A program made the translations under genes and the position numbers. A stretch of 63,249 bases of DNA, counting the filler, from Octopus bimaculoides (taxonomy: Eukaryota): NCBI RefSeq assembly GCF_001194135.2. It is 5 parts of 5 records of this genome, joined end to end, with 100 filler letters (N's around TTAATTAATTAA, not from the genome) between each part and the next. Parts side by side here need not be neighbours in the genome. Positions count along the whole stretch, not along the records: positions 1 to 30,591 come from NC_068983.1; 4 more parts are not named here. The stretch is one strand, 5' to 3'. Of the stretch, positions 1 to 12,212 are shown in pieces. Each line of letters starts with the position of its first letter. The stretch's first letter is position 1. The notes under the pieces were generated by a model that was not told the DNA's origin, did no database searches, and worked only from the letters and a program-made list of their open reading frames with translations.

Positions 1-133
1 ATAGATACATAACTGGGTACGTGACGTGGCATGTACATGTGGATGAACGTATATACAAACATGTACATATATATGCATATACTCATATATTGTTTGTATC
101 ACGACAGAACGCACGCGTTACCTTTATACAGTA

Positions 134-210
<77 letters not shown>

Positions 211-335
211 TGAGAGAGAGATAGAGAGAGATACATAGACAGACAGACAGACAGATAGATATGTGTGTGTGTGCGTGTATGCGTGTGTATTCATATATAT
301 ATACAACTTTAATTTTAGGAGCGGTAAATAATAAT

Positions 336-1035
336 TGTTATCATTTGACGTAGAGGAGGTAATAACCCTGTTATGGTGAGTTGATTACATTTATATTGAG
401 TAGTTATAAATTTATGATATTTACACAATCCAAAATTGGTTCATATATGCACTCTCTTTAATTAACTCTACTCTTTCTCATTAACTGTTGTTTTGCAGAA
501 GGTCATACTGAAACCGCCTTGTGCAGGACAATGAACTTCATCCCCGAGGATATATTTAAATGTATGCTAAAGTGTCCCGACTTGGCCCCGTCCAGGTGCT
601 TGAATGAGGCAGTGTGCCTAGTCGAGCATGGAAGTAAGAGGCTTTAATGCCTCCAGTTGTAAAGAAAGGTAAGAGGCTTAGTACCTCATTTTGTAAGGAC
701 GTGGAGTTAATTTGTGAAAAATGTAAGAGGATTAGTGCCTCATTTGAAAGGACCTTGTGTCCCATTGAACTATAGTAAGAGGTTTATAACCTCAAATTGT
801 TTTTATAAAAGAGAAAAAAAAAAGAACAAAGTTTTCGGGAACCGTCGTCTGCTTCCCATCGGCGGGCGTCGTCTGCTTCCCATCGGCGGGCGTCGTCTGC
901 TTCCCTCATCAATATCATTATTTTACTCATCATTCATTTCATTGTGTTGTTGTCCAGCCCGCATTTGCTTTCATCTATGTAAAGCCTTTATGGCTAATTT
1001 GATGAAATAAAGAAATGTCTCTCATACGGAGAACA
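336..1035 (+). repeat. Possible solo LTR or unclassified interspersed repeat
   Basis: TGTT...AACA ends, AATAAA at 1006-1011 and internal short repeats. No target-site duplication found, so boundaries are uncertain. Confidence 0.25.
843..905. repeat. 24-bp tandem repeat (cgtcgtctgcttcccatcggcggg), about 2.6 copies
   Basis: Read directly from the sequence. Confidence 0.95.
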
Positions 1036-1504
1036 ATGCTGCATATGAATGAATTCCGTTTCCCAAGGTATAGATGAATACCATTAAACGAACGCATAGA
1101 GAGATGTACAGGAATCACGAACTAAAACTTCTCAGTTTTGAACCAACCTATTTACCACTGCAACGAAACATCTTTTGTACAACGGTTAAATAAATAATCT
1201 ATGGGAAAAAAAGAACAGCTGCACCGGAATATGAATATATCACAAATTATGAACTTTGTACATATATAAAATCAAATTTATAACATCTTAATATAAATAT
1301 AATAAATCCACCTCAAAAAGGGGCAATAATCTTCCATACTTCTAATAATAGCATTCAGTTCCCCTAAAATTTATTCTCTTCCCGATTTCTTTATGAAACG
1401 TCATTCCTCCTCCTAACATAAAATGAAACCACCTGTTGAAACCATATATATATTCATAAATACATATGTATGTATGTTGATATATATATGCGTATATATA
1501 TATG

Positions 1505-1551
<47 letters not shown>

Positions 1552-1714
1552 GCACACACATACACACATATATAGCTACTTAGGAATATCTCCATAAGAG
1601 ATGGAAGCAGTATTTATACTGAAAATTAGTGTTTAAAATTGCAGTATTGTCGTTTGCTAGGGAACACCCGTGTTTATGTGGCATTAAGCAATACTTCTCT
1701 CTCTCTTTCACCCG

Positions 1715-1770
<56 letters not shown>

Positions 1771-2165
1771 GGGGTGAAGTGAGAGTGAGAGAGGAGTAAA
1801 GAATGAGTCGGAGGAAAGTGAGATGCAGAGAGAGAGAGAGAGAAAGGTACAAGTGAAACAATCGAAAAGGAGAGCAGTGGTAGGAGGGAAATATAGGGAC
1901 TAAGGAATAAGAAAGAAGGAAAATGAAATCAGAGGGACTGAGGAACGAGAGGAGGGAAAGAGAGAGGGAGACACACGCAAAGAGAGAAATGGAAGGAACA
2001 AGGGAGAATAACGGGGAAGAAAAGAGAAGGTAAAAGCAGTATATTCAAGGAATAATCTTTTTAACAAAATAAACAAGACGTAGAAGTGTGCGCTGCAGAG
2101 ATAAATCAAGGGTAAAACAGAAAGAACACGACAAGGAACAGCATGCGGAAAATAAACGATAACAT

Positions 2166-2547
2166 TGTTGGCACTCCGTCGCTTACGACGTCGCGGGTTC
2201 CAGTTGATCCGATCAACGGAACAGCCTGCTCGTGAAATTATCGTGCAAGTGGCCGAGCTCTCCACAGACACGTGTACCCTGAACATAGTTCTCGGGGATA
2301 TTCAGCGTGACACAGTGTGACAAGGCTGACCCCCTGAATTACAGGCACAACAGAAACAGGAAGAAAGAGTGAGAGAAAGTTGTGGTGGTAGAGTACAGCA
2401 GGGTTCACCACCATCCCCTGCCGGAGCCTTGTGGAACTTTAGGCGTTTTCGCTCAATAAACACTCACAACACCTGGTCTGCGAATCGAAAACGCGATCGT
2501 ATGCCCGCGAGTCCGCTGCCCTAATCACTGGGCCATTGCGCCTCCAC
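2166..2547 (-). mobile_element. Full-length tRNA-derived SINE with 13-bp target-site duplication
   Basis: Flanked by taaacgataacat at 2153-2165 and 2548-2560. The minus-strand 5' end has A-box-like (tggcccagtga) and B-box-like (gttttcgattcgc) motifs. A related copy lies at about 24.3-24.6 kb. Confidence 0.88.
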
Positions 2548-2693
2548 TAAACGATAACATAACAAACGAGAAACTAGACAAAAACAAGATCCACGGACCA
2601 TTCGCAGAAGATTTCTACATCCGTCAGAGTCCAGAAACTCCTAGCGGTTTCGCAGTTATCCCTGAGACCGCTCCAATCCAGCAAGTCCCAGAG

Positions 2694-2755
<62 letters not shown>

Positions 2756-3362
2756 CGCGCGCGCGTGTGTGTGTGTGTGTTTATTGGTGTTTGTGCATAT
2801 AATTGTGAAGCGCTTAGCACTAAAAGTTTGTACACCTTCCCATGGACAACCGTTTTCATGATCGAGCACATAAACAGAATAGCTTCACAAAACGAAACGT
2901 TATTTTTAACTTAGCTTGTGAATATTATATTAATGAAAGGCGTTCTTTTAAGTTATTTGTTTCTTCTTGGTAATTTTCAATAGGTTCATTACTATATTTT
3001 AGATATATAGTTTCTTCTGTCAGAGATCTCTGCTACGTCAGTTAAGCATACAAATTTTCAGCTTTAGTAGTTGGGGAATATATTCTAAAACTTCCAGTTT
3101 GATTAGATTTAATTCCATTTCACATCTTCTACGTTAGTACCTTAATTAATGTATATTTATCAAAATGAATCACTGAAATAATTTTTATTATGTACATTTA
3201 CTTATATGGAACTAAGATAACATTAGTTATTACCAATTTCATTTCCATTTATCAGATCTGAAAATGTTCCTTATAAAGAGATACTTTATGCTATATACAA
3301 ACTAGAGATTAAGGAAAATATTTGTGAGACTCTCGCTCTTTCTCGCTCTCTCTTTCTCTATT

Positions 3363-3413
<51 letters not shown>

Positions 3414-4744
3414 CTCTTTCTCTATCTCAAATGAAGAGCTTTCCTCAACACGTAAGAACATCTGCCACCCTATGACGATTTCTATAACACAGATTGCTAT
3501 TCCCGTCATAGGCATTAATAGTTTCTGTGTTGTGTATTTGACAGCCTTCGTCTTTCTCTTTCATTAAACTCCGCGTGATAAAATATGCGTTAGTTTCTGA
3601 TGTTACTGTTGTGGTTTGGCCACAGGCTAACTTTCATTACACAAACTGTTGATCAAAGAAATTCCAAACGTGAATGGCCTTTTTACTTAGGATTATATTG
3701 TGTCTTACCTTTATGTTCTGAAGATAAAGTGATTGAATTTGGGTTGGTTACCACGTTTTTCAACCTGAATTGCAACGTAGCGGTATCCGCGTTGAAATTT
3801 TACACTGTGAAAATTTTACACTGTTAATGATCACATATATTTACCTTTTTTGGTAAAATACTTACCCTTGCAATATCCCAATTTAATAACAATTTCGATA
3901 TTTCATATCCACGCGCAGGATTGTGTGTGTGGTAAGAAACTTGTCCATCAAAAAGGACAGAAGGTGCATTACGGGTACTGTTTAACGTTATATATATATA
4001 TATATATNNNNNNNNNNNNNNNNNNNNNNNNNNNNNNNNNNNNNNNNNNNNNNNNNNNNNNNNNNNNNNNNNNNNNNNNNNNNNNNNNNNNNNNNNNNNN
4101 NNNNNNNNNNNNNNNNNNNNNNNNNNNNNNNNNNNNNNNNNNNNNNNNNNNNNNNNNNNNNNNNNNNNNNNNNNNNNNNNNNNNNNNNNNNNNNNNNNNN
4201 NNNNNNNNNNNNNNNNNNNNNNNNNNNNNNNNNNNNNNNNNNNNNNNNNNNNNNNNNNNNNNNNNNNNNNNNNNNNNNNNNNNNNNNNNNNNNNNNNNNN
4301 NNNNNNNNNNNNNNNNNNNNNNNNNNNNNNNNNNNNNNNNNNNNNNNNNNNNNNNNNNNNNNNNNNNNNNNNNNNNNNNNNNNNNNNNNNNNNNNNNNNN
4401 NNNNNNNNNNNNNNNNNNNNNNNNNNNNNNNNNNNNNNNNNNNNNNNNNNNNNNNNNNNNNNNNNNNNNNNNNNNNNNNNNNNNNNNNNNNNNNNNNNNN
4501 NNNNNNNNNNNNNNNNNNNNNNNNNNNNNNNNNNNNNNNNNNNNNNNNNNNNNNNNNNNNNNNNNNNNNNNNNNNNNNNNNNNNNNNNNNNNNNNNNNNN
4601 NNNNNNNNNNNNNNNNNNNNNNNNNNNNNNNNNNNNNNNNNNNNNNNNNNNNNNNNNNNNNNNNNNNNNNNNNNNNNNNNNNNNNNNNNNNNNNNNNNNN
4701 NNNNNNNNNNNNNNNNNNNNNNNNNNNNNNNNNNNNNNNNNNNN

Positions 4745-4775
<31 letters not shown>

Positions 4776-4849
4776 TAGGCATATATGTACACACATATAT
4801 AATATATATAATCATGTATATATACACACATACTCTGAACTCACTCGGA

Positions 4850-5450
4850 TCGTTACTATTTATACTTTACAGTCCATCTTTCGTAGGGAGTGTCGCAAGT
4901 CTCATCACAACAGTGACAATGCGTTGATGCACGCACAACAAAGAGTCGTAGTGCCATCCATAATACAGAAACGATTACTAAAGGAATTTCACATTGATGA
5001 CTCAGTCATTTCGAGAACGAAATCGTTAATCAGAAGTTACGTATTTTGGCCAACAATGGAACGTGACATTGAAAAACTAGTGAAAAAATGCAGTGAGTGC
5101 ACCCTAATTCCAAAAGCACCTACCACTAAACGGCATCCGTGTCCCTAAACGGATATTCCATCGTCCAGAATATATATTGATTACAAAGATGCATTTAAGA
5201 GTTCATATTACATTGTTGTGGTGGGCAGATTTTCGAAGTCACCTGAAGTGCAGAAGTACAAAAAGCCGACATCTACAGTAATTTTTTAACCCGAATTGTT
5301 TGTGAGATATGGCATTCCTGATAACATTTGGTCTGATAATGGAACTCAGTTCACTTCCAACGAATTCCAAAAATTTTGTAAAATGTTCCTTATCGAACAC
5401 GTCACCACTCCACGGAGCGTTTTGCTGACATTTTTAACTGAGCGTTGAAA
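4850..5450 (+). mobile_element. Ty3/Gypsy LTR retrotransposon pol remnant (integrase zinc-binding and core domains), pseudogenised
   Basis: Translation gives RVVVPSIIQKRLLKEFH...ISRTKSLIRSYVFWPTMERDIEKLVKKCSEC (integrase H2C2-type region). It continues after a stop as TDIPSSRIYIDY...SYYIVVVGRFSKSPEV and LFVRYGIPDNIWSDNGTQFTSNEFQKFCKMFLIEHVTTP (rve core with SDNG motif). Stops and frameshifts are present. Confidence 0.9.
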
Positions 5451-5630
5451 AAGGCGAACAATGAAGAGAAAATGTCGAATTTAAATGACATTAACCATCT
5501 TAAAAGAAGAAAATGGAAAAGAACGGAAACTCTGGAATTGAACCCTAAGTATAAGAGATATTAAGACTCTGAACGAAGTTCAATTCTCAAAAGGGGAGAG
5601 TAATGGGAGACTAATTGTGAAAAGCGGAGA

Positions 5631-5835
5631 TGTTGTGAAAGGATTCTCACCACACCCATATAGCTAAAATTGGACTGACAAATGGTTGTAAAGCAAATAA
5701 CTGTGAGCAATTGAGAGTAAGCAGTTCATTGTGAGCAGTTGATTGAGTGCGTTGAGTTTCGTGTAATAGTAATCGTATTCAGTCATGTAAATACTTTTAC
5801 TCCCGTCCTATTCAATTATATATCCAACACCAACA
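5631..5835 (+). mobile_element. Probable 3' LTR of the Gypsy element
   Basis: Purine-rich tract (aaagcggaga, 5621-5630) directly precedes TGTTG, and the segment ends in CAACA at 5835. This gives canonical TG...CA ends with a 5-bp terminal inverted repeat, downstream of the integrase. Confidence 0.65.
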
Positions 5836-6886
5836 CCAGAATGTAAAGATATACAGACACACACACACACATACACGTGTGTGTGTGTGTGTGTGTGTGT
5901 AGTTTTCGGAGTAATTGTTTTTTACGATTGCATCATTCTCTTGTGTTGTGCCACTGGATAAACAAATAAGGCATACAAAGTGATAGGGTTATAAAACCAC
6001 TTTTGTAACTACACAAGTCTCTTAAAGTTGAAAAATTGGCCGTTTTTACTTCTGTGGCGTCAAATCGAAAGGCAATTGTTTAAATTTTGTTTCGTAAGTC
6101 TCATGTAGATCTAAATTATGTTAGGAAATTATGCATCAAGTGTAAAACCCATTTCTAAAGACATTATAAAAAAAAATAAAGTTACACGGTTGACTACAAA
6201 TCTTAAAGTTTACTAGAAGTTGAACAGCCATGAATAGGAGATACAAAGGTAACCCTCCACATAAACGAAAGGGTAATGAGCCTGAACTGCAGCCTCCTGG
6301 GTGGTTTTGAATGGTAGTTAACTGTATTTCGAATATCTCAGCAGGCTTTCCAGTGAAGGGTTTGAATTCGGAGTTACCTTCTAGACAGACTGGCTTCCCC
6401 ACGGCTTTATTAAACCTAGGAGCTCCATCTACCCCTTTAACTTCATCCACAAATACACACAAATCAAATCAAATAAAAGAAGTAAAAATACATACATATA
6501 TATATATATATATATAGTATAATATAAAATAAAATAAACACGTAAACGTAATATACACACATATATTCAAGAATTAAATATGCAAATAGATATATATATA
6601 AATATGTATACACACACATATACGCCCAACACTCACCCACAGTTCTCCACACCAAACACGCACCTGGTACACACATCCATAATTCAGCCCACTATATACA
6701 TATGTACATATAATAATTGGATGGCCGCTGACTCTTAAGAGCTCTTAAGAGTTCCTCCACCCTTTTTACATGTCTTGTCTTTATTCCTGGAGGGTGTCCA
6801 CTACACACCTTCCTCACCAAGTGGAATTGGTGGGGGAGCCATAGTCAAAAGCCATAGCTAACCTGACGTCATCGTGGGCTACCATC

Positions 6887-7150
6887 TTGAAATTAAATAC
6901 AAAGGGGGACTATATTATTAGCGATAGAATACAGTATCGCAAAAGCATATTCCAAGGAGACAGCCTCTCTGTGATGTTGTTTATACTTTCTGTAAACCCC
7001 TTCTCATTCATGTTAAGGACGTCTGAAAGATATCTCACTGGTTCACAAGGAAATAGAAATATCAAAATTACACAATGCTTCTTTATGACTGACTTAAAAC
7101 GTTATGCAAAGAATATGCATGAGAGGAACAAGAGCCTTGACCTAGTTACA
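6887..7150 (+). mobile_element. Non-LTR retrotransposon reverse transcriptase fragment (R4/Dong-like)
   Basis: RKSIFQGDSLSVMLFILSVNPFSFML...ITQCFFMTDLKRYAKN matches the GIFQGDSLS and HLxFxDDLKLY RT motifs of R4-type LINEs. The catalytic DD is degraded to TD. Confidence 0.85.
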
Positions 7151-9329
7151 TACATACATACATACATACATTCATACATACATACATACATACATATGCT
7201 TGTTTCTTTACGTTCTCTTAAACTAGCAGTTTGGCGAAAGAAAACAGATTGAATACGTGCTAGACTTGAAACAACAAACGATAGGGCTGATTTGTTCGAC
7301 TAAACATTGCGAGGCGGTACCCCCAGATTGGTTGCAATTCAATGACTGGAAAAAAAAAGGGTTGAAGATAACAGACAGGTATCGGTTTCACAAATACCTT
7401 CATCAACATCATCATCGTCCCCATCAGCAGTTGCAGCTGAAACAACAGCTTCGTTTTAAATTAACTTTCTATTTTAGCATCCATGAGACACGTTGTCCTG
7501 ATCGGAATAATAAATTTTCGAGAATATTGCTTGCCAAGACGGCTTGTATTACTACATCTCCCTCATATGTTTCATTTTGATGTGTTTTCAAAATTGAATT
7601 CCTTTCTCCAGTTCCACCTAGCACTTGAGAGTTGTCATGTACTTGTCGAGACTATAGGGTTCTCTCAAACTTACGCTTTGTACAGAGTAAGAAACACTGC
7701 TTAAAAATGTAATGGAAGTAAATGAAACATTTGCGGCGAGTTCATATGGTAATTAACAGAACACTCAAGGCAGATTTCAAAATTCAATAAAATAAATTAT
7801 TATTTGTTATTTTACAAGTAGTAATTACGATGAATGTATTGACACTTTTCTCCTATGGGAAATTGCCAAAAGAAGAAACAGCTCAAAATAATACAAATCT
7901 GTGAACCATTTGAGAAATCAAAATTTTAGTTTAAATCATTGTGATATTATTTGTTATGCACAAATTATATATTAAGAGAAGCATTATTATTTTTCATACA
8001 TCAGTTTAAGAGGGGAGGGGTTAGTTTATTACATCAACTACAAATAATTGACTAGTACTAAATGTTATCGAGCCCGAAACGATGAAACCTAAGGGTTTAC
8101 CTCAGAGGCAATTGAAAGACCTTGCAGAGATGCTGCTAAGCATTTTGTCTGCAGCGGTAATGATTGTGCAAGCTTTCCTCAAAAGCATGAGCAATAATAC
8201 GATATACGATTCTATTGAATAGATTCAAAGAAAATAAATTATGTTAGGTAGTGGGGCATGAAACAGTACAAAGTGATGACGTGATACTTATGATGTAATA
8301 GTTTCAAGCAGGCAGTGAAAAAAGAACGACAAATCCAAAGTTATTACTTATTTTGCCCCAGCAACCCGTTTTAACCTACCCGATACAACTTTCCCTTTTT
8401 GAACTATTAGAAGCTCTCCGTCTTCAGTATTTATTTTATTCCGTCTTCAATATCTATTTTACTTCTGCATCACAATGCTTGCAGCAAACTACAACGCGCT
8501 TCTTTGTGTGTATGTATGCATGTATGTATGTACGTGTGCGTGTTGGATGTCGAATGAATTTCGTAAATGTAGTTAGATACATGCGGTTGTGACGAAATCA
8601 TTCAGCTATTTTGACGACTGACTCTCAACTATGAATAGTTCCTTTAGAGGATTCGAAAGTATTTGCGTTACTTCACTGAGGCACTTGTCTATAGGAGTAA
8701 ACTACACAACTAAGTAAAAGACAAAGACTTTAAATTATTTCAGTTCCAAATTAATCATGTTTCTCTAAAGTGAAAATGCTTTACTGATCTTGTATAAAAA
8801 TAGTAACAAAGCATTTCAATAGTTGAATGCACTGTGTGTAATTAAGAAAGTGATTAGATATTTGCACCAAAGATTATTCATGGTATAAATTAACAAACTC
8901 AGTATAGAGAATTATTAGTTGATTCTAATTCATATGTTGAATAGAGTAAATACGTCCTTAATTTCTTTACTTCGAAACTGAAAAATCTATTATCTAATAA
9001 AATAATGTTCGTGTTTCATTTGTACTCTTATCATTCATCAATTTCCAAAACATCAAATGTATAACGCATTCTGATTACACTTGCATGATTATATCTATGA
9101 GCAAATGGAAGGCATAAAACAGAAAGCATTTACAATTATCATAATTCGTTATCACGCAGTTTTAGAAAAGGCTTCCAAAATAGTAAATCTGTAAGATTCT
9201 AAGAACAGTGAAATATATTGCAAAATTGAAGTGTTACTGTCGACATTTTTTTTCTGCTTCTCTGATATCGATGAAATATTTATAGCAGTACATCAATAGA
9301 AATACGAAGCGTTAAAATTATCTTTAACT

Positions 9330-9545
9330 TTTGTCATTCACATGTTTAGGTCATTACACTGCGACCATGCTGGTGCACCGCCTTGACGAATGTTAGTCGA
9401 ACGAAGCGACCCTAGTACATTTTTTCGGAGTCTGGTAGTTATTCTATCGTTTGCTTTTACCAAATCGCAAACTTACGTGGACGTGAACACGCCAACACAG
9501 GTTTTCAAGGGATGGGGGCACGACAAACACAAATACAAATCAAAC
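9330..9545 (-). mobile_element. SINE 3' half (same family as 12.0 kb and 20.2-20.7 kb copies)
   Basis: Reverse-complement similarity to 12000-12212 and 20540-20720, judged by eye. Confidence 0.7.
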
Positions 9546-9851
9546 AACACACGCACGCACGCACGCACACACACACTTATACACACGCACATATATATAT
9601 GTATGTATATATACCTATATATGTTTATATATACATACATATATATANNNNNNNNNNNNNNNNNNNNNNNNNNNNNNNNNNNNNNNNNNNNNNNNNNNNN
9701 NNNNNNNNNNNNNNNNNNNNNNNNNNNNNNNNNNNNNNNNNNNNNNNNNNNNNNNNNNNNNNNNNNNNNNNNNNNNNNNNNNNNNNNNNNNNNNNNNNNN
9801 NNNNNNNNNNNNNNNNNNNNNNNNNNNNATATATATATATATATATATATA

Positions 9852-10190
9852 CCATTCTGCCTAAACAATAGATTTACAAATACAATATCCCTACATTCAC
9901 TCTCTATTTCCTATCTTACCTAATCTAACTATTGCTTAACCATCCTCTCACACCGTCTCCGATGAAGGGATATAAAAAATATCCTGGAAAAGCTGTAAGA
10001 CCTATTTATAAACGTTCTATATTATACACAACCTTGTTTCTTTATCTCATTACGAAACCCTTATATTCACACGCTGGTATATGACCTGCGTCGAACCCCT
10101 TATTCGCATAATCACTGAACCTGGAGCTTAACTATAGTTTATCCTCAGCACTTATTCAGCATTACCTGAGATCTCTGGGTCTAATTGACA
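9852..10190 (+). mobile_element. Penelope-like terminal-repeat fragment containing a hammerhead-like motif
   Basis: Follows a (TA)n tract and contains gtct-CCGATGA-agggata...tatcctg-GAAA-agctGTA-agac at 9955-10001. Boundaries are approximate. Confidence 0.55.
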
Positions 10191-10221
10191 CCACTTTCCC
10201 TCATAATCCCTGTATACGTAC

Positions 10222-10286
<65 letters not shown>

Positions 10287-10287
10287 C

Positions 10288-10337
<50 letters not shown>

Positions 10338-10968
10338 GTATATATATATATGTGTATATATGTTTGTATGTATGTATGTATGTATGTATGTATGTATGTA
10401 TGTATATACATGACGTGCGTCTTTGAGTATTCGTCTACCGAATCTACTCCCAAGCTTTTGATTGTTGTTGCTGTTTTGTTATTTTGAAGAAGATTCAGTC
10501 CATTTAACTTCGGACACCTCTCACGCCATTCTCTATTGATTGTTTTCAACATTCATCCATAAATTGTCTTATTTTTATTAAAATACTGCTCTAGGTTTCT
10601 CTCCATTTGTGAATGAAACACTGTGATCCAACAAATATTGAAATTTCAGAGTATTACAGTAATTCAGATATGATGGTATATATATTAATTGTGCGTTCAA
10701 AATTGCTTCCCACTCCATCGACATTGTTTATCAGTATCTTCAACTTTTTGAGATTGTAAATCTATGTTAATTGTTACAGGTGTTTTTTTTTTTATATATT
10801 TTGCACAGATTTTAAAATTTCAAAATTTTTGAAAAAGTTGACTAATTATATTCTATCCCACCCTAATTATATTTACTTAGATAACTACTCTTTACATGGT
10901 AAGTCTAAATTTGACATTGAATAGCAAACACTTCAAAAACGAACAAATTTTTACTTTCCATTGCTTTG

Positions 10969-11009
<41 letters not shown>

Positions 11010-11893
11010 NNNNNNNNNNNNNNNNNNNNNNNNNNNNNNNNNNNNNNNNNNNNNNNNNNNNNNNNNNNNNNNNNNNNNNNNNNNNNNNNNNNNNNNNNNN
11101 NNNNNNNNNNNNNNNNNNNNNNNNNNNNNNNNNNNNNNNNNNNNNNNNNNNNNNNNNNNNNNNNNNNNNNNNNNNNNNNNNNNNNNNNNNNNNNNNNNNN
11201 NNNNNNNNNNNNNNNNNNNNNNNNNNNNNNNNNNNNNNNNNNNNNNNNNNNNNNNNNNNNNNNNNNNNNNNNNNNNNNNNNNNNNNNNNNNNNNNNNNNN
11301 NNNNNNNNNNNNNNNNNNNNNNNNNNNNNNNNNNNNNNNNNNNNNNNNNNNNNNNNNNNNNNNNNNNNNNNNNNNNNNNNNNNNNNNNNNNNNNNNNNNN
11401 NNNNNNNNNNNNNNNNNNNNNNNNNNNNNNNNNNNNNNNNNNNNNNNNNNNNNNNNNNNNNNNNNNNNNNNNNNNNNNNNNNNNNNNNNNNNNNNNNNNN
11501 NNNNNNNNNNNNNNNNNNNNNNNNNNNNNNNNNNNNNNNNNNNNNNNNNNNNNNNNNNNNNNNNNNNNNNNNNNNNNNNNNNNNNNNNNNNNNNNNNNNN
11601 NNNNNNNNNNNNNNNNNNNNNNNNNNNNNNNNNNNNNNNNNNNNNNNNNNNNNNNNNNNNNNNNNNNNNNNNNNNNNNNNNNNNNNNNNNNNNNNNNNNN
11701 NNNNNNNNNNNNNNNNNNNNNNNNNNNNNNNNNNNNNNNNNNNNNNNNNNNNNNNNNNNNNNNNNNNNNNNNNNNNNNNNNNNNNNNNNNNNNNNNNNNN
11801 NNNNNNNNNNNNNNNNNNNNNNNNNNNNNNNNNNNNNNNNNNNNNNNNNNNNNNNNNNNNNNNNNNNNNNNNNNNNNNNNNNNNNNNNNNNNN

Positions 11894-11926
<33 letters not shown>

Positions 11927-11999
11927 ATGTATATATATATGTATATATACATATGTAAATATATATATGTATATATGTGTGTGTGTGTGTGTGTGTCTA

Positions 12000-12212
12000 T
12001 TTGTGTGTCTGTGTTTGTCCCCCCAACATCGATTGACCTCTGATGCTGGTGTGTTTACGTCCCCGTAACTTAGCGGTTCGGCAAGGAGACTGATAGAATA
12101 AGTACTAGGCTTACAAAGAACAAGTCCCGGGGTCGAATTGCTCGACTAAAGGCGGTGCTCCAGCATGGCCACAGTCAAATAACTGAAACAAGTAAAAGTG
12201 TAAAAGAGAGAG
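12000..12212 (+). mobile_element. SINE 3' half preceded by (TA)/(TG) microsatellite
   Basis: gtgtctgtgtttgtccccc...agtactaggcttacaaa...catggccacagtcaaataactgaaacaagtaaaag is shared with 20540-20720. Confidence 0.8.

Noticed and set aside
843-905. Short direct repeats considered as a CRISPR-like array
   Set aside because: Head-to-tail tandem units with no spacers, in a eukaryotic context with no cas genes.
2480-2547. tRNA-like A/B-box sequences (also at about 20215, 24530, 37950, 45700 and 51080)
   Set aside because: These are SINE heads with SINE bodies and TSDs; no complete cloverleaf, so not tRNA genes.
3425-3462. Possible fifth hammerhead-like relic (atgaagagctttcctcaacacgtaagaac)
   Set aside because: Both core segments are too degraded to support the call.
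10420-10555. Minus-strand peptide INREWRERCPKLNGLNLLQNNKTATTIKSLGVD as a possible LINE or gene fragment
   Set aside because: No motif I can assign and no convincing splice boundaries.
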